This document shows positions 24,696 to 37,715 of a stretch of DNA of 64,000 nt, in pieces. The notes under the pieces are model-generated. The model saw only the letters and a list, made by a program, of their open reading frames with translations. It made no database searches and had not been told where the DNA came from. The stretch comes from Octopus sinensis (taxonomy: Eukaryota): assembly GCF_006345805.1 (NCBI RefSeq), contig NC_043001.1, positions 14,942,001-15,006,000 on the forward strand, written 5' to 3'. Position 1 is the first letter of the stretch. Each line of letters starts with the position of its first letter. The translations under genes and the position numbers were made by a program.

Positions 24696-26580
24696 ATTTC
24701 CTCTATTTACATAATATTGAGGTCTCTTTCTTTCTTTTGTTATCTTACCGTTTTTACCAATATATATGTATATATATATATATATATTTCGTTGCATTTC
24801 AGGAAGGTCATTTTATTCATATTCTTTTTTTTCTTCACTTATTTATTACTGTTCTTCTTTTATTTTAACTTATGTCCATTGTCCAGGAATCTTTCATCAC
24901 ACATCTGTGACATCTTCAGCGACATCTTTCGCTTCCGTGTGCGTTCTTGCTCCACTTACTCCATTCTGGAACATTCTGCATCCATCCATCTGTAGTGCCC
25001 AATCAGGTATCAACTGACCTCATTTTCTACACCCTCACCATCAGCACTATCATTACAACCACCGCCATCACCCCCACCCCCACTATCACCACCAACACCT
25101 CCACCACTACCACTACCACCACCACCACCACCATCATCATTACTAACACCCCCACCACTGTTGCCGCCATCACCATCCCACAGAAAACGTGACATCTCAT
25201 GCCAAACTTAGTAATCAATATATTACTCAATACTCGAATAGTGATTTCATTGTATTTATTTCTTTTTTTCTTTGTCTCTCTCTTTCTACCCTTCCCTGCC
25301 TCTATCTATCTGTCTATCTATCTCATTCTCCCCCTCTCACTTAATGTCTATCTCTTTCTATCCCTCACTCTCTCATTGCTTCTCTCTCTCTATATATATA
25401 TATAGTCTTTCATCATCTTTTTCTCTCTCCAACTTATTCTCTCACTCACTCTAACATACTATCTCTCTCCTTATCTCCCTCCCTCTATCTAACATTCCCT
25501 TTCATTGTCGCTCTCTCTTCCTCCCCCCTTTCTCTGTGCTTCTGTCTCTTTCTTTATACAAACTTACAATAAACCTTTATATTTTACCTTCCCATTGTCT
25601 CTCCTTCACTTTATCTAACTTAACCTCTCATCTCTCTCTCTCTCTCTCATTACATTCTCTCATTGTCTTTTTCTCGTTAACCCTCATTGTTTCTTTTTTC
25701 TATCTACCCTTTCATTATCTCTCTCTCTCCTGCTCCCTCTCTTTATATAACTAACCCTCTCATTGTCTCTTTCTTTCTCCCTCTCTCTCTCTTTGTCTGA
25801 CTTACCTTCCTATTGCTCCTCCTTTTCTAACTTAACTCTTCCCTCTCCCCTCCTTTCTTCATACAACTTACCTCCTCTCTTTTTATTAAACTTAATTTCT
25901 TTTTCTTTCTCCCCCTCTCTCTCTCTCTTTTAATCTATCTATCAATCAAACATATCCTCTCACTCACTCTCTCTCTCTCTCTCATTTACTCACCCCGTCT
26001 TTTTGTCATTCTATCTAAAATATCCTTTGCTCTCTTTATCTTACTTATCCCCCTCTTTGTCACTGTCTCTTTATCTAACTCACACTCACATTGCTCCTCC
26101 GTCTCTAATTTCATTTTATTTCTCCCTCTCCTTCTCATTCACTCACCCTCTATTCTTGTCACATTTTATCTACAATAAGCCACTGCTACCCCCCTCTCTC
26201 TCTCTCTCTCTTTCTTTCTCTTTGTCTCTCCCCCATCTTCCACTCTCTTTATCTGACGGACATTCTGTCGTCTGTTTCCTTCATTTATCGAAACTCACTG
26301 TCATCTTTCTTTCTATTTCTCTCATCAGTCTCCCTCTCTCCTTATCTACATTATCTCTATTTAATTTACACTCACTCCCTCGTTACATTTACCTCTTCTT
26401 CTTTCAACCCTCTCCCTCCCAATCACACACACATACACGTTCACCCTCCCTCTCACACTGTCTTTCTCTCTCTTTTAACTCCCTCTCATATTATCTCTTA
26501 CTGTTTCATTCTTTCTCTAAACCATTAACGTTCTCTTTCCTCTTCCCCCTAGCAGTCCCCTCCTGTTCTTCCCCCTCCCT

Positions 26581-27271
26581 GTCATTTTCTCTCTTTCCGT
26601 CCCTCTCTATCTATATCCTCCTCCTCTCTGTCATTTTCTCTCTTTCCGTCCCTCTCTATCTATATCCTCCTCCTCTCTATCATTTTCTCTCTTTCCGTCC
26701 CTCTCTATCTATATCCTATCCTCCTCCTCTCTCTGTCATTTTCTCTCTTCCGTCCCTCTCTATCTATATCCTCCTCCTCTCTGTCATTTTCTCTCTTTCC
26801 GTCCCTCTCTATCTATATCCTCCTCCTCTCTATCATTTTCTCTCTTTCCGTCCCTCTCTATCATTATCCTCCTCCTCCTCTCTGTCATTTTCTCTCTTTC
26901 CGTCCCTCTCTATCTATATCCTCCTCCTCTCTGTCATTTTCTCTCTTTCCGTCCCTCTCTATCTATATCCTCCTCCTCTCTATCATTTTCTCTCTTTCCG
27001 TCCCTCTCTATCTATATCCTCCTCCTCTCTGTCATTTTCTCTCTTTCCATCCCTCTCTATCTATATCCTCCTCCTCTCTGTCATTTTCTCTCTTTCCGGC
27101 CCTCTCTGTCTATATCCTCCTCCTCTCTATCATTTTCTTTCCGTCCCTCTCTATCTATATCCTCCTCCTCTCTATCATTTTCTCTCTTTCCGTCCCTCTC
27201 TATCTATATCCTCCCCCTCTCTATCATTTTCTCTCTTTCCGTCCCTCTCTATCTATATCCTCCTCCTCTCT
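26581..27271. repeat. 49-bp pyrimidine-rich minisatellite, ~14 copies, inside a ~2-kb CT-rich tract (25260-27300)
   Basis: Unit RTCATTTTCTCTCTTTCCGTCCCTCTCTATCTATATCCTCCTCCTCTCT; starts at 26581, 26630, 26679. Confidence 0.92.
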
Positions 27272-27658
27272 CTCATGTCCTTATAAGTTTTACCCCACTC
27301 CCCCTCATCCTAATGTTTAATTATTAAATCGTCAATGAATTTCAAAACATTTCTGTAACTTACGGTTACGGTTTTAGGGTTGGGGAAAAAGTCAAAATTG
27401 AAGAAGTTGAGGTGGGGGGGAACTTTCACAAAGCCGATTTTTGGCAATTTTTCGGAACCTTCGTACCCGAAAACGGGGGTTTTTGGCAATTTTCCGGAAC
27501 CTCCGTATCCAAAAACGAGGATTTTTGGCAAAAAAAAAAAAAAAAAATTACAAAAATAAACAAATTTGGGAGAAAATGGCGGTGGGGGGGGGGGGGGGGC
27601 AGACAGAAGTCTTTCCAAAACTTCATCTTTCAAGCAACAAAACATTGATATTGGCTTA

Positions 27659-28040
27659 ACTACAAATTTCTGCACCTACCGACTTTGGATGATCGTAACT
27701 TTTAGAAAAATGGGTATTTTTAAATGAAATTTTCTCCGAATATGTGTTATATCATGTAGATTCTGAATATACAAGAATTTGGGAGGAAAGTGTTTTAGGT
27801 GGGGTGGGGAATTTCGGAAATTTCGTCTTAACCTTCAAGAAAATGGATATTTTTTAATGAAATCCTCTACAAATATACCTCGGACTATGTAGATTCCGAG
27901 GACATAGGAATTTTTTTTTGGGGGAAACAATTGGGGGTTATTTTTAAGAACTGTTCCCCACTCGGGGGTGTTTCGGAACATGCCGTCCATATTTGTTTCA
28001 TTTTCTCCATTTTGTGCGTTTGTGCATCCGTAGATTTCTT
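27659..28040. repeat. Interspersed repeat, inverted copy of ~29871-30420
   Basis: TTTGTGCATCCGTAGATTTCT vs AGAAATCTACGGATGCACAAA; ACTACAAATTTCTGCAC vs GTGCAGAAATCTGTAGT. Confidence 0.8.
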
Positions 28041-28285
28041 CTGAAGCAAGGCAAATGAAGCCCTCACCAGAAAACTCGTTATGCTAAATATAACAGCTAA
28101 AGGTCTGGTGCACAGAAATATACTGTTAAGACGACTTATCTGTTGCATAAGATTTTTTTTTCACTTTAAGTAAATTCCCAGGCAAACATTTCTAATAGAA
28201 AGACAGAAGACACCAGAAGCAAAAATAAGGAATATACACGCACAGTTAAACATAGAAGTTTACTCTGTAATAAACATATTATATA

Positions 28286-29190
28286 TCTATATATATAAAA
28301 CTCTAGTTGTGTGAGTGTCTGTCCCCTTCGATTTAGATTCCTAACTCCTCCCACATTTTGCGGTGCAGTTTAACCAAATTCGGGTATCTTATAGTCGTGA
28401 TTAATATCGAGCCCGTCTGACTATTAGCGCGCGTCAACGATGAGTCTACGATTTTAAAAATAATTTAACATAATTTTTTATTCCATTTTAATGCATAGTT
28501 TTTCGTGTGTCGATGGCGGCGGAGTTGGCATCCACGCTCACAGCTGCACCTGTTTGCTTCTACCCCTTCCCTCCCTCGTGAAGCTGTGGGGAAGGGAGTG
28601 TAAAGAAATCAACGTCGTAAAGCGTTGTCAAGGAGACCAGCGTTCTTTTAGAACAACGACTTCATGGCTTGAAGACACCAAAACAGAAATGGCTAAGAAA
28701 GCCCGAATTGGCATCTATAAGGGAAGTAACTCTCTAAAAATGCTTATATAGTTATTTCCCTTACAAACCCGAGCAACGCCGGGCGATACTGCTAGTCATA
28801 TATATAAAACTGTAGTTGTGTGAGTGTCTGTCCCCTTCGATTTAGATTCCTAACTCCTCCCACATTTTGCGGTGCAGTTTAACCAAATTCGGGTATCTTA
28901 TAGTCGTGATTAATATCGAGCCCGTCTGGCTATTAGCGCGCGTCTACGATGAGTCTACGATTTAAAAAATAATTTACCATCAATTTGTCCCATTTTTAAT
29001 CCATTTTTGGCATATATAAGGGAAGTAACTCTCTAAAAATTTATTAAATCTCAGAACGTAAAAAGCTACAGTAACACCCCCCCCCTTTGTGGTTAGCCAT
29101 ATTGAGATGGCTATTATACTTTACATCTCTAAAAATGCTTATATAGTTATTTCCCTTACAAACCCGAGCAACGCCGGGCGATACTGCTAG
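28286..29190 (+). mobile_element. Head-to-tail dimer of non-autonomous Helitrons (28286-28795, 28796-29190)
   Basis: A|TC...CCCGAGCAACGCCGGG hairpin...CTAG|TC...CTAG|T; no TSD. Confidence 0.88.
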
Positions 29191-29191
29191 T

Positions 29192-29815
29192 TAATAATGA
29201 AATTATTGTATACAGTGCTCAGGTGCACCAGAACTTGTCAGAAAGTGCGTATAAATTATATGCAGTAATGTACAAATGTCTGGGAAGTGAACAGTGTATG
29301 AGTCAGACACATGCTTGCGTGTGTATGGAGGGGAGAAAATCAGGTGTAGTGTTGGCGAATCTCGGAAAGCATGGAAGTTTTGAAGGATGCAGTACTCCAA
29401 CAACTAACAACTGATGCTGGCAGTTTGTTCCATGCTTCAGCGACTCTCAGCGTGAAAAAATGTTTCCTGAAGTCATGGGAGCTGTGCTGTTTTCTGACTT
29501 TGTAAATATGTCCACGGGTGTTAGACAGGTGGAGTTTGAAAAGGTGCTCAGAGTTATTGTTTGTATGATGGTTAATAATTTTATGGGTGTCTGTCAAGTC
29601 AGCTGCAAGACGTCGGAGTTTCAATGTGTCCATGCCCAGCGAAGTAAGGCATTCAGAATATGGCAAATGCCTGATGGAGGGTATTCTCTTGGTTGCACGT
29701 CGCTGAACGGTTGGCTTCCAGACGATTAATATCCTGGTCAAGATAGGGATTCCAGACCGGTGATACAAATTCCAGATGAGGTCACACCATAGCTATATAA
29801 AGCCGCAGATATTGA
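29192..29815 (-). pseudogene. CR1-type LINE 3' fragment (ORF2 C-terminus + 3' UTR)
   Basis: VQRRATKRIP..LPYSECL..L..LRRL..DL..TRGH..FFTLRVAEAWNKLP..SFK. Confidence 0.88.
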
Positions 29816-31000
29816 ATTAAATAATTCCCCGTTTTAACTTTTTAAATTACGTATGTTTGTTTGTGTGTGTAGAAATCTACGGATGCACAAACGCACAAAA
29901 CGGAGAAAATGAAACAAATATGGACGACTTGTTCCGAAACATCTCCGAATGGGGAACGGTTCTAAAAAATAACCCCCAATTGTTTTCCCCCAAATTCCTA
30001 TGTCCTCGGAATCTACATAGTTCGAGGTATATTTGTAGTTAAAAAATATCCATTTTCTTGAAAGTTAAGACGAATTGAAGTGGACTCCGGTGAATTTTCC
30101 GAAATTCCCCACCCCACCCCTCCTAAGACAGTTTCCTCCCAAATTTTTGTATATTCAGAATCTACATGATATAACACATATTCATAGAAAATTTCATTAA
30201 AAAATATCCATTTTCTTGAAAGTTAAGACGAATTGAAGTGGACTCGGTGAATTTTCCGAAATTCTCCACCCCCACCCCGTCTTAGAACCCTTTCCTCCTA
30301 AACTTTTATATATCTGGAATCTACATGATATAACACATATTAATAGAAAATTTCATTAAAAAATATCCATTTTCTTGAAAGTTATAATCATCCAAAGTCG
30401 CTGTGCAGAAATCTGTAGTTATACCTTGATATTTATGGTTTTATATTGGAATAATCGATTCATTGTTTGTTTCTGAAAACCTAAAACAAATTACCGAAAT
30501 GGCAGACATTTTTTGTTTCACTGTTTATTGTTATTAAAAACATATACGAGTTGACTGTTATATATCTATTGTTTTGTCTGGCCTTCTCCATTCGATGTTG
30601 TAAAATTACTGTTTATTTTCTCAAAGTACATTTAACCATTGTAACTCTAATTCGCTACTATTGTTTTTAAGAGCAGACTAAATTCACAAATACATTTATG
30701 TGAATGTCTATTTAATATTCTTTTGTTTCTCTCGAATTTGTATTTATTGGTGTAGCAACAGATCGTTCATTTGTGTGGGCTTGTATCTTAATTGTATTTT
30801 AACTTTTTTTTTTTGCCTTTACACTCGACTAGACGTTGTAAATAAGTATTATCCATTTATTTATACTAACCGTTTATTTCATGTCTACGTGTACCTCTGT
30901 TGTGTTTCCCTCCTCGATTGTAAATTCATTTTATTAATAGGAGGGCCGTGCCGAAAATAATTATAAAATTAAGTAAAGATTCTTTTTAATGTTACTATTA

Positions 31001-31387
31001 CTAGCAGTATAGCCCAGCGTTGCTCGGGTTTGTTCTCTTTTCGACCCTTTAGAATTAGAATTTTTGAAAAGTAAAAATTTTGCATTATATAACTTGTTAT
31101 TCTCTTTGAGTGAACATTTTTCTGGGTGAAATACATTGAAAAATGGCGACACACAGTAAAAAATAGGGATTTTCATAGAAAAAAAAGCACCTTTTTGATG
31201 TAAATAATTTTTGGTGCTAACATGGTCCGATTTGAATTTTTTCTTCTACGGAAGGAAGAGCAAGCCTTTGTCTATCATACTCTTAATTTTGGTCAACTTG
31301 CACCACAGGGTCTTGGAGGAGATAGTGTTAGTTGAAGGCTACCAAACCTGCCATACACAGACAACTTCAGCTTTATATATAGAGAGA
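31001..31387 (-). mobile_element. Non-autonomous Helitron (second family)
   Basis: Minus strand 5' TC, 3' hairpin + CTAG, A|T target; near-identical copy at 51639-52034. Confidence 0.85.
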
Positions 31388-31401
31388 TTATTAGCCGTCT
31401 T

Positions 31402-33523
31402 TAGGGTTGCCAATTCTGTTAAATAACAATAAAGGACATAAAAACTTTATTGATATTTAAGTGTACAAATTTTAATTCAGTTCCTATAGATATAATAGAT
31501 ACCAATATTAAATGCAGTTTAAAATTACAAGAATGAGAAGACATTTTTTTTAGCTTGATCAAAAGATTCTAATTTCTAAAACTATATTTGCCCTGGCTTT
31601 TTGCTGCCTTCAGGAAATTTGTATCATCTTTGATGTTTTTAGCGAATTCCAAGCAACTACCTTTTATGTTAAAATATATGAGAAGTTCATTCTCAATTAA
31701 TTCTACAGAGCATCGTTTCCTTTCATCTCGCCATTTAGATGGCATTAAACTAAAAACTCTCTCGCAATAAGATGATGTTCCAGGAATTGATCGAACAAAA
31801 GAAGCTATTTTGAAAACATTGCTACATTTAAAGTCCATAGATTTCATAATAAAATACCACTTTCTGTTTGTTGTTTTTGAGCTTATGAAGAATTCCGAGC
31901 TTTCGAAATAGTGTCGAAGTTTCTTTGAATTTATACTACTTCACCCAAAAAGTTCATCCATCTTTAATTTAAGCTTTCCTTCTAGCTTCAAATGTTCTAC
32001 TAATTCTACAAATTTCTGAAACTTTGGGAATGAATATCCTAAGAAACTTAGATTTGGTAATTTGCCGAATGTTGAATTTTCATCGAAATCTATTCTGTTT
32101 TCCGAATATATGATGTCACCAGCTGTATTGGATTTGAAAATAATTACTAATTATTGTTTTTCACCAACCATGATAATATTAAGCAAAAAGATACTCTATG
32201 GCCCAACAACCATGTAACTAGGCGCATAACTTGAAATGTGAACCGAAATCGAAATGCTAGCACTTGAGAAGTTGGGGCAAGACTGCTGCAAAAAAAACAT
32301 CCCTTTTTAAATTTAATTTTTTTTCTACACAATTTTTTTTCTCCGTTTTCGGATACGGAGAATACGAATCTGTAAAAAAAATTAGCAAAAAATGGCATTT
32401 TGAAATTACTCCCCTACCACTAAATTCTTCATTTTTACCTTTTTTCACAATTTTTTTTCAAAATATTCAGAAAAATATGGAGATTATGATTCTGAAAAAA
32501 AATTCCGCAAATTTTCAGAAATTTTTTTTTTCACAATTTTTATTTTGTCAAAATATGCGAAAAAGAATATGGAGATTTCTGAAGCAAATTTCCAAAAATT
32601 TTTCTACTTAGGGTTAGGGTTGGGGTTTTAGGATAAGGGTTATGGAAAAAAGTGAAAAATGAAGAAATTGGCGGAATGGGGGGGGGGTGAGAAATTTCAA
32701 AATTCCGATTTTTTTTTGCAATTTCCTGGAATTTCCGTATCCAAAAACGTGGGTTTTGGGCAAAAAAAATTTTTAAAAAACCAATAATTTGTGAGAAAAT
32801 GGGGTGGGGGATGGGAGGAAGTCTTTCCGAAGTTGGGCCTAATCAATACATTCTTGTAACAATGTAAAAATGATCATGTCTCAAAAACACACCTTCAATT
32901 AATATTGTTATCTGATAATAACATGAAATATTGGCACTACTATTACAAGTTTTCTCACATAGATTTCACTGTTCTGGTATTTATAACAAATTATGGCTCA
33001 ATTTTGTGACAGGCCTCATCACCACCTTGTTGTATAACACGCCATATTTGTTTTGGTTCTTCTTCTTCGTGGGCCCCAGTTCAGTTCAGACAGAGGTATT
33101 GCCTTTTCAAACGTCTGACGGTACCTCCTTTCTTTCTCTATTGTTTTTTCTTTTCTTTTTCTTGGTGGTGATTCTCATATCTAGTAACATAGTTTCCGAT
33201 TTTCTCGTTTTCCCAAAATGAGTGCCTTTTTTTGAAATGGAGAATTGAGTTATACATAAAATGAGACTAATTTTACACCCTGGTCTGCGGTCTGCCGCTC
33301 TGTGCTTCTGGTATTGTGCACAGAAGCAGGGTTGACAGTCTGCACTCTTACAAGAAGTAAATACTTTTGCAATCCCATCTTGAGAGCAGGAAATTGAAGT
33401 ACCAGTCAAAACGATTTCCAAATAAAGGACAACTAGTGTCATTTCAAATCTCAATGAAGGACAAGAACAGATAGAGCTGAATAAAGGACTGTCCTTTGAA
33501 ATAAAGGACTGTTGGCAACCCTA
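31402..33523 (-). mobile_element. hAT transposon with both TIRs and transposase remnants
   Basis: TIR TAGGGTTGCCA / TGGCAACCCTA; 8-bp TSD GCCGTCTT/GCCATCCT; ORF 31569-31847 SIPGTSSYCERVFS..W.DER is a hAT C-terminal dimerisation motif; insertion ~32146-32850. Confidence 0.85.
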
Positions 33524-33574
33524 GCCATCCTAGGAATTGCACATGTTGGCAGATTACTACTTCCTCTTTGAAGC

Positions 33575-34560
33575 AGGCAGGCTCCAAGCAGAAGCAACAT
33601 GCCGTCAATGTGTTTTTGATGAAGTAGTGATGCAGGATGTCCGTCATCAACTGACGAGTACAAGTTGTTCACAGGGATGACATCATTAACAAGAGCAATG
33701 AGAGCGGATGGATGCAGAAGTTTAAAGAATGAGAAACCAATATTGACAACTAGCCACACAGTGGGAAACCATAACTACAACCACTGACTCGAACTGAATT
33801 GTGCAAACAGACAAGTCACAGTCTGCGAGTTTGCTGCTCAACTGGACTGTGGTCACAATGTATTATAGAGGACGATGAAGACTTTGGGCCATAGAAGGCA
33901 AGTGTGAGTAAACTGGGTACCTATTTCTTTACTACCCACAGAGGGGACAAACAAGGACAGACAAACAGATTAAGTCGATTACATTGACCCCAGTGAGTAA
34001 CTGGTACTTAATTTGACCCCGAAAGGATGAAAGGCAAAGTCAACCTCAGCGGAATTTGAACTCAGAACGTAACAGCAGATGAAATATGGCTACGCATTTT
34101 GCCTGGCGTGCTAATGTTTCTGCCAGCTCCCCGCCTTCTAAAATGGGTACCTTGTGTGTAAACTGGGTACCTTGGCAGTTGACACTCAGTTTGAAGGAGA
34201 AAAAGGAGAAAGTTTGATCTGCTTGATGCTAATGACATTTTTTTCCTACTTGGTGGCAGGAAATCAAATCTTGGGCGTGTCTGTCTGTGTGAACTGGAAA
34301 CAAAAGCACGGTTTATAGAAGGGTTCTACACCTCTTCTCTTAGGTTCAAGAAATTGAAGAATGAGCTTTCAACACAGAAAGTCATGGCAACTGTTTTGGG
34401 GGATAAGAGCATTATTTGCTCTGATTTCCTGAAACAAGGCTGTATACTGAACTGTGGGCGGTAGACTGAGACACTTAAAAACCTCAGAGAAGCCATTTGA
34501 AGGAAGAGACTGAACAAGAATCTGAAAATGATTCACTTTCTTTATGACACTGGCGACCAT
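33575..34560 (+). pseudogene. Mariner transposase pseudogene (N-terminal HTH to mid catalytic domain), interrupted by SINE B at ~33920-34137
   Basis: WMQKFKE*ETNIDN*PHSGKP; ELETK; STQKVMATV..SDFLKQG..TLKNLREA. Confidence 0.8.
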
Positions 34561-34561
34561 A

Positions 34562-34720
34562 CATCATCATCATCATCATCATCATCATCGTTTAACGTCT
34601 GCTTTCCATGCTAGCATGGGTTGGACGATTTGACAGAGGACTGACGAACCAGATGGCTGCATCAAGCTCCAATCTGATCTGGCAGAGTTTCTACAGCTGG
34701 ATGCCCTTCCTAACACCAAT
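34562..34720 (-). mobile_element. 3' fragment of SINE family D
   Basis: (CAT)n, TTTAACGTC..CATGCTAGCATGGGTTGGACG, GGATGCCCTTCCTAAC. Confidence 0.8.
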
Positions 34721-35463
34721 GTACATTAATAATAAATCAGGCAATCGGCAAATTGGGTTGGTTAGTGGTTACCTACGAACATACAACACGTATTTGGTGT
34801 CATGTGACTTCCGCTTGATTGGTCAAATGGAGGACAGCAATTAATATAGAGATGAGGTGAAGATGTAGGTAAAGCAGTGAGCACCTGGATTCTTTTCAAA
34901 GAGGATTTGTGAATTTGGTTCAATGATATTACGTCATCCTTGAGACAGACTATATTGAGTCGTAGCTACTATCATATACATTTGGAAAATCCTGTAGGGG
35001 TATGTTTCAAACTTTGGCATTAGAATTTTAATGCGTGAACTGGTAGATACTGTCATTTTCCAAATATAATTTTCAAAATCATGAAAAAAAACAAAAACAC
35101 TCTGTTGTACCTGTTTTAATATTTGGAGGTCCTCATGTGTTTAACTGCCTCTCTAAAGATATCAGAAATGTAAAAGGATCCTCTGCTGAAAAATTAAAAG
35201 ATGAAAATTGGCTACACTCTTAATAACGATGCTGGACCAGCTGACCATTCAAGGATACACTCGGGTAAAATCAGCCATAAACCGACAACACAAATGATAG
35301 AAAATAAATTAAGGTGGTGCTCCAGTATGGCTGCAGTCCTACGAATGAAACCATTAAAAGAATAAAAGAAAAGAAAGTTCCTCTACCAATGTGCAATTTG
35401 AATGACCAACATCAGTTAATAAAACAGTTATGTCCACATTTTCATTACCTTCGACAGCATAAT

Positions 35464-35644
35464 AGGCGCAGGAGTGGCTGTGTGGTAAGTAGCTTGCTAA
35501 CCAACCACATGGTTCCGGGTTCAGTCCCACTGCGTGGCATCTTGGGCAAGTGTCTTCTGCTATAGCCCCAGGCTGACCAATGCTTTGTGAGTGGATTTGA
35601 TAGACGGAAACTGAAAGAAGCCTGTCGTATATATGTATATATAT

Positions 35645-35676
<32 letters not shown>

Positions 35677-35880
35677 CTGTGTTTGTCCCCCTAGCATTGC
35701 TTGACAACCGATGCTGGTGTGTTTACGTCCCCGTCACTTACCGGTTCAGCAAAAAGAGACTGATAGAATAAGTACTGGGCTTACAAAGAATAAGTCCCGG
35801 GGTTGATTTGCGCGACTAAAGGTGGTGCTCCAGCATGGCCGCAGTCAAATGACTGAAACAAGTAAAAGAGTAAAAGAGTA
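35464..35880 (+). mobile_element. SINE family A
   Basis: Match to family A. Confidence 0.9.
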
Positions 35881-36206
35881 TTATAAAATTATACAAAAAA
35901 TAAGAAATACGAGTATTCGTAATGTGTGTATGTAGGATGTGTAATCTCTATGTAAGTGATGTATATCTGGCAATGAAATTAGTGGTATGTTTAAGTTGAA
36001 GTTTTATTGAACACTCAAATTTTTTAATGATTTAATTCCATTAAAATTCCTATCAACGGCAAATTTTATCTTTCACATACGATTCTACTGTTTCTATTGA
36101 TTATTTTTCATTTCATTTTGGTTCTCTGAAACTGAAATTCATTACTGTAATTAAACTTTTTTTTAAGGTGAGACAATTCTCATTTATATATATATATATA
36201 TATATA

Positions 36207-36551
36207 TCATCATCATCATCATCGTTTAACGTCCGTTTTCCATGCTAGCATGGGTTGGACGGTTGAACTGGGGTCTGGGAAGCCAGAAGGCTGAACCAGG
36301 CCAGTCAGATCTGGCAATGTTTCTATGGCTGGATGCCCTTCCTAACGCCAACCACTCTGTGAGTGTAGTGGGTGCTTTTTATGTGCCACCGACACAGATG
36401 CCAGATGAGGCTGACGAACGGCCACGCTCGGATGGTGTTTTTTTTATGTGCCACGGATACAGGTGCCAGACGAGGCTGGCGAACGGCCACGCTCGGATGG
36501 TGTTTTTTTACGTGCCACCGGCACGGAGGCCAGGCGAGGCTGGCACGGCCA
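36207..36551 (-). mobile_element. SINE family D
   Basis: Reverse complement Meta motif and ~60-bp units. Confidence 0.8.
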
Positions 36552-36572
36552 GTATATATATATATATATATA

Positions 36573-37091
36573 CTAGCTTAAGGTGACCTGCTCTACGTGT
36601 GGGTGAGGGTGTGGTTGTTACTTTCTGTTGCTTCCTTTCTGTTTCTTATCCCCACATTCTTCCTCTTTGTTTCTCTCTCCTTTCTCATTTTCCCACTCTC
36701 TTACTCTTCCTTTCTCTCGGACTCTCCCTCGATTTCTCTTACTCTTTATCCTTTATCTTTCTTGACCTATCTCTCTCCCATTTATAAAAAAATTAGATTT
36801 CCGAGTTTAAATTACAAATCTGCTTCCACTTTACCATGTTGAAAATTTGATTGAAATTGGGCAAAAGGTGTCCGATCTAGACCCCTAAGTGTCCCCCAAG
36901 ATCAATAAAATCCCAATTTTCACACCAAAGCAACCACTGTAGCACCCAAAAACATCTCCCAATCAATTTCCCACCTCACGTTACGCCCTCCTTTAAATTT
37001 TAATCCCCTTCCAGCCCCATTTAGACCCCTTTTTACATAAAAATCCAATTTGTATCACCGTTCGCCTTCTTCATTTTATAGATTAGACAGA
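36573..37091 (-). mobile_element. Probable non-autonomous Helitron (third family)
   Basis: A|CTAG plus degenerate GC hairpin at left; TTTTATAGATTAGACAGA|T at right. Confidence 0.55.
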
Positions 37092-37411
37092 TATACTTGA
37101 CCTTGCTCGGGATTAAAATAGTTTATTATTGTTTTACTTGTTTCGCTATTATAACCTGATTTCATTCGGGTCTATGCAGGCCACATTTTAAAAGGAGGAA
37201 TTTTGCCCTAGAGGCCATGCCTTTCAATTGAGCAAACTCAAAGTTGCCATGCAAACTCGTTAGCACTTTTAACATAGGTGTGCATAGTTTCAGCTCAATC
37301 TGACCACATATGCACACACATATATATATATATATATACACACACACATATACATATGCATTAAATATGTACATATATGCACATTATATATACATGTCTA
37401 CACACACATAT

Positions 37412-37715
37412 ATCACGTCACGTGACCGACCAGACCATCAGATGTTGTTACACATCGCTGGTCACAATGCGTTTGCATTGTTTTAGCCTTTGAATGACGC
37501 CACCCCGCTGGCTAAGCGAGCAGGCCAACAGAAGAAAGAGTGGGAGAAAGAGTGGTGAAAGAGTACAGCAGGGATCACCACCCCCTGCCGGAGCGTCGTG
37601 GAGCTTTTAGGTGTTTTCGCTCAATAAACACTCACAACGCCCGGTCTGGGAATCGAAACCGCGATCCTACGACTGCGAGTCCACTGCCCTAACCACTGGG
37701 CCATTGCGCCTCCAC
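37412..37715 (-). mobile_element. SINE family C, tail type 2
   Basis: Same head/body as 9459 copy, unrelated 3' tail. Confidence 0.85.

Noticed and set aside
26003-27286. 427 aa ORF
   Set aside because: Pyrimidine minisatellite translation
32607-32645. Telomeric repeat (TTAGGG)
   Set aside because: Only 2-3 degenerate units inside an interspersed repeat
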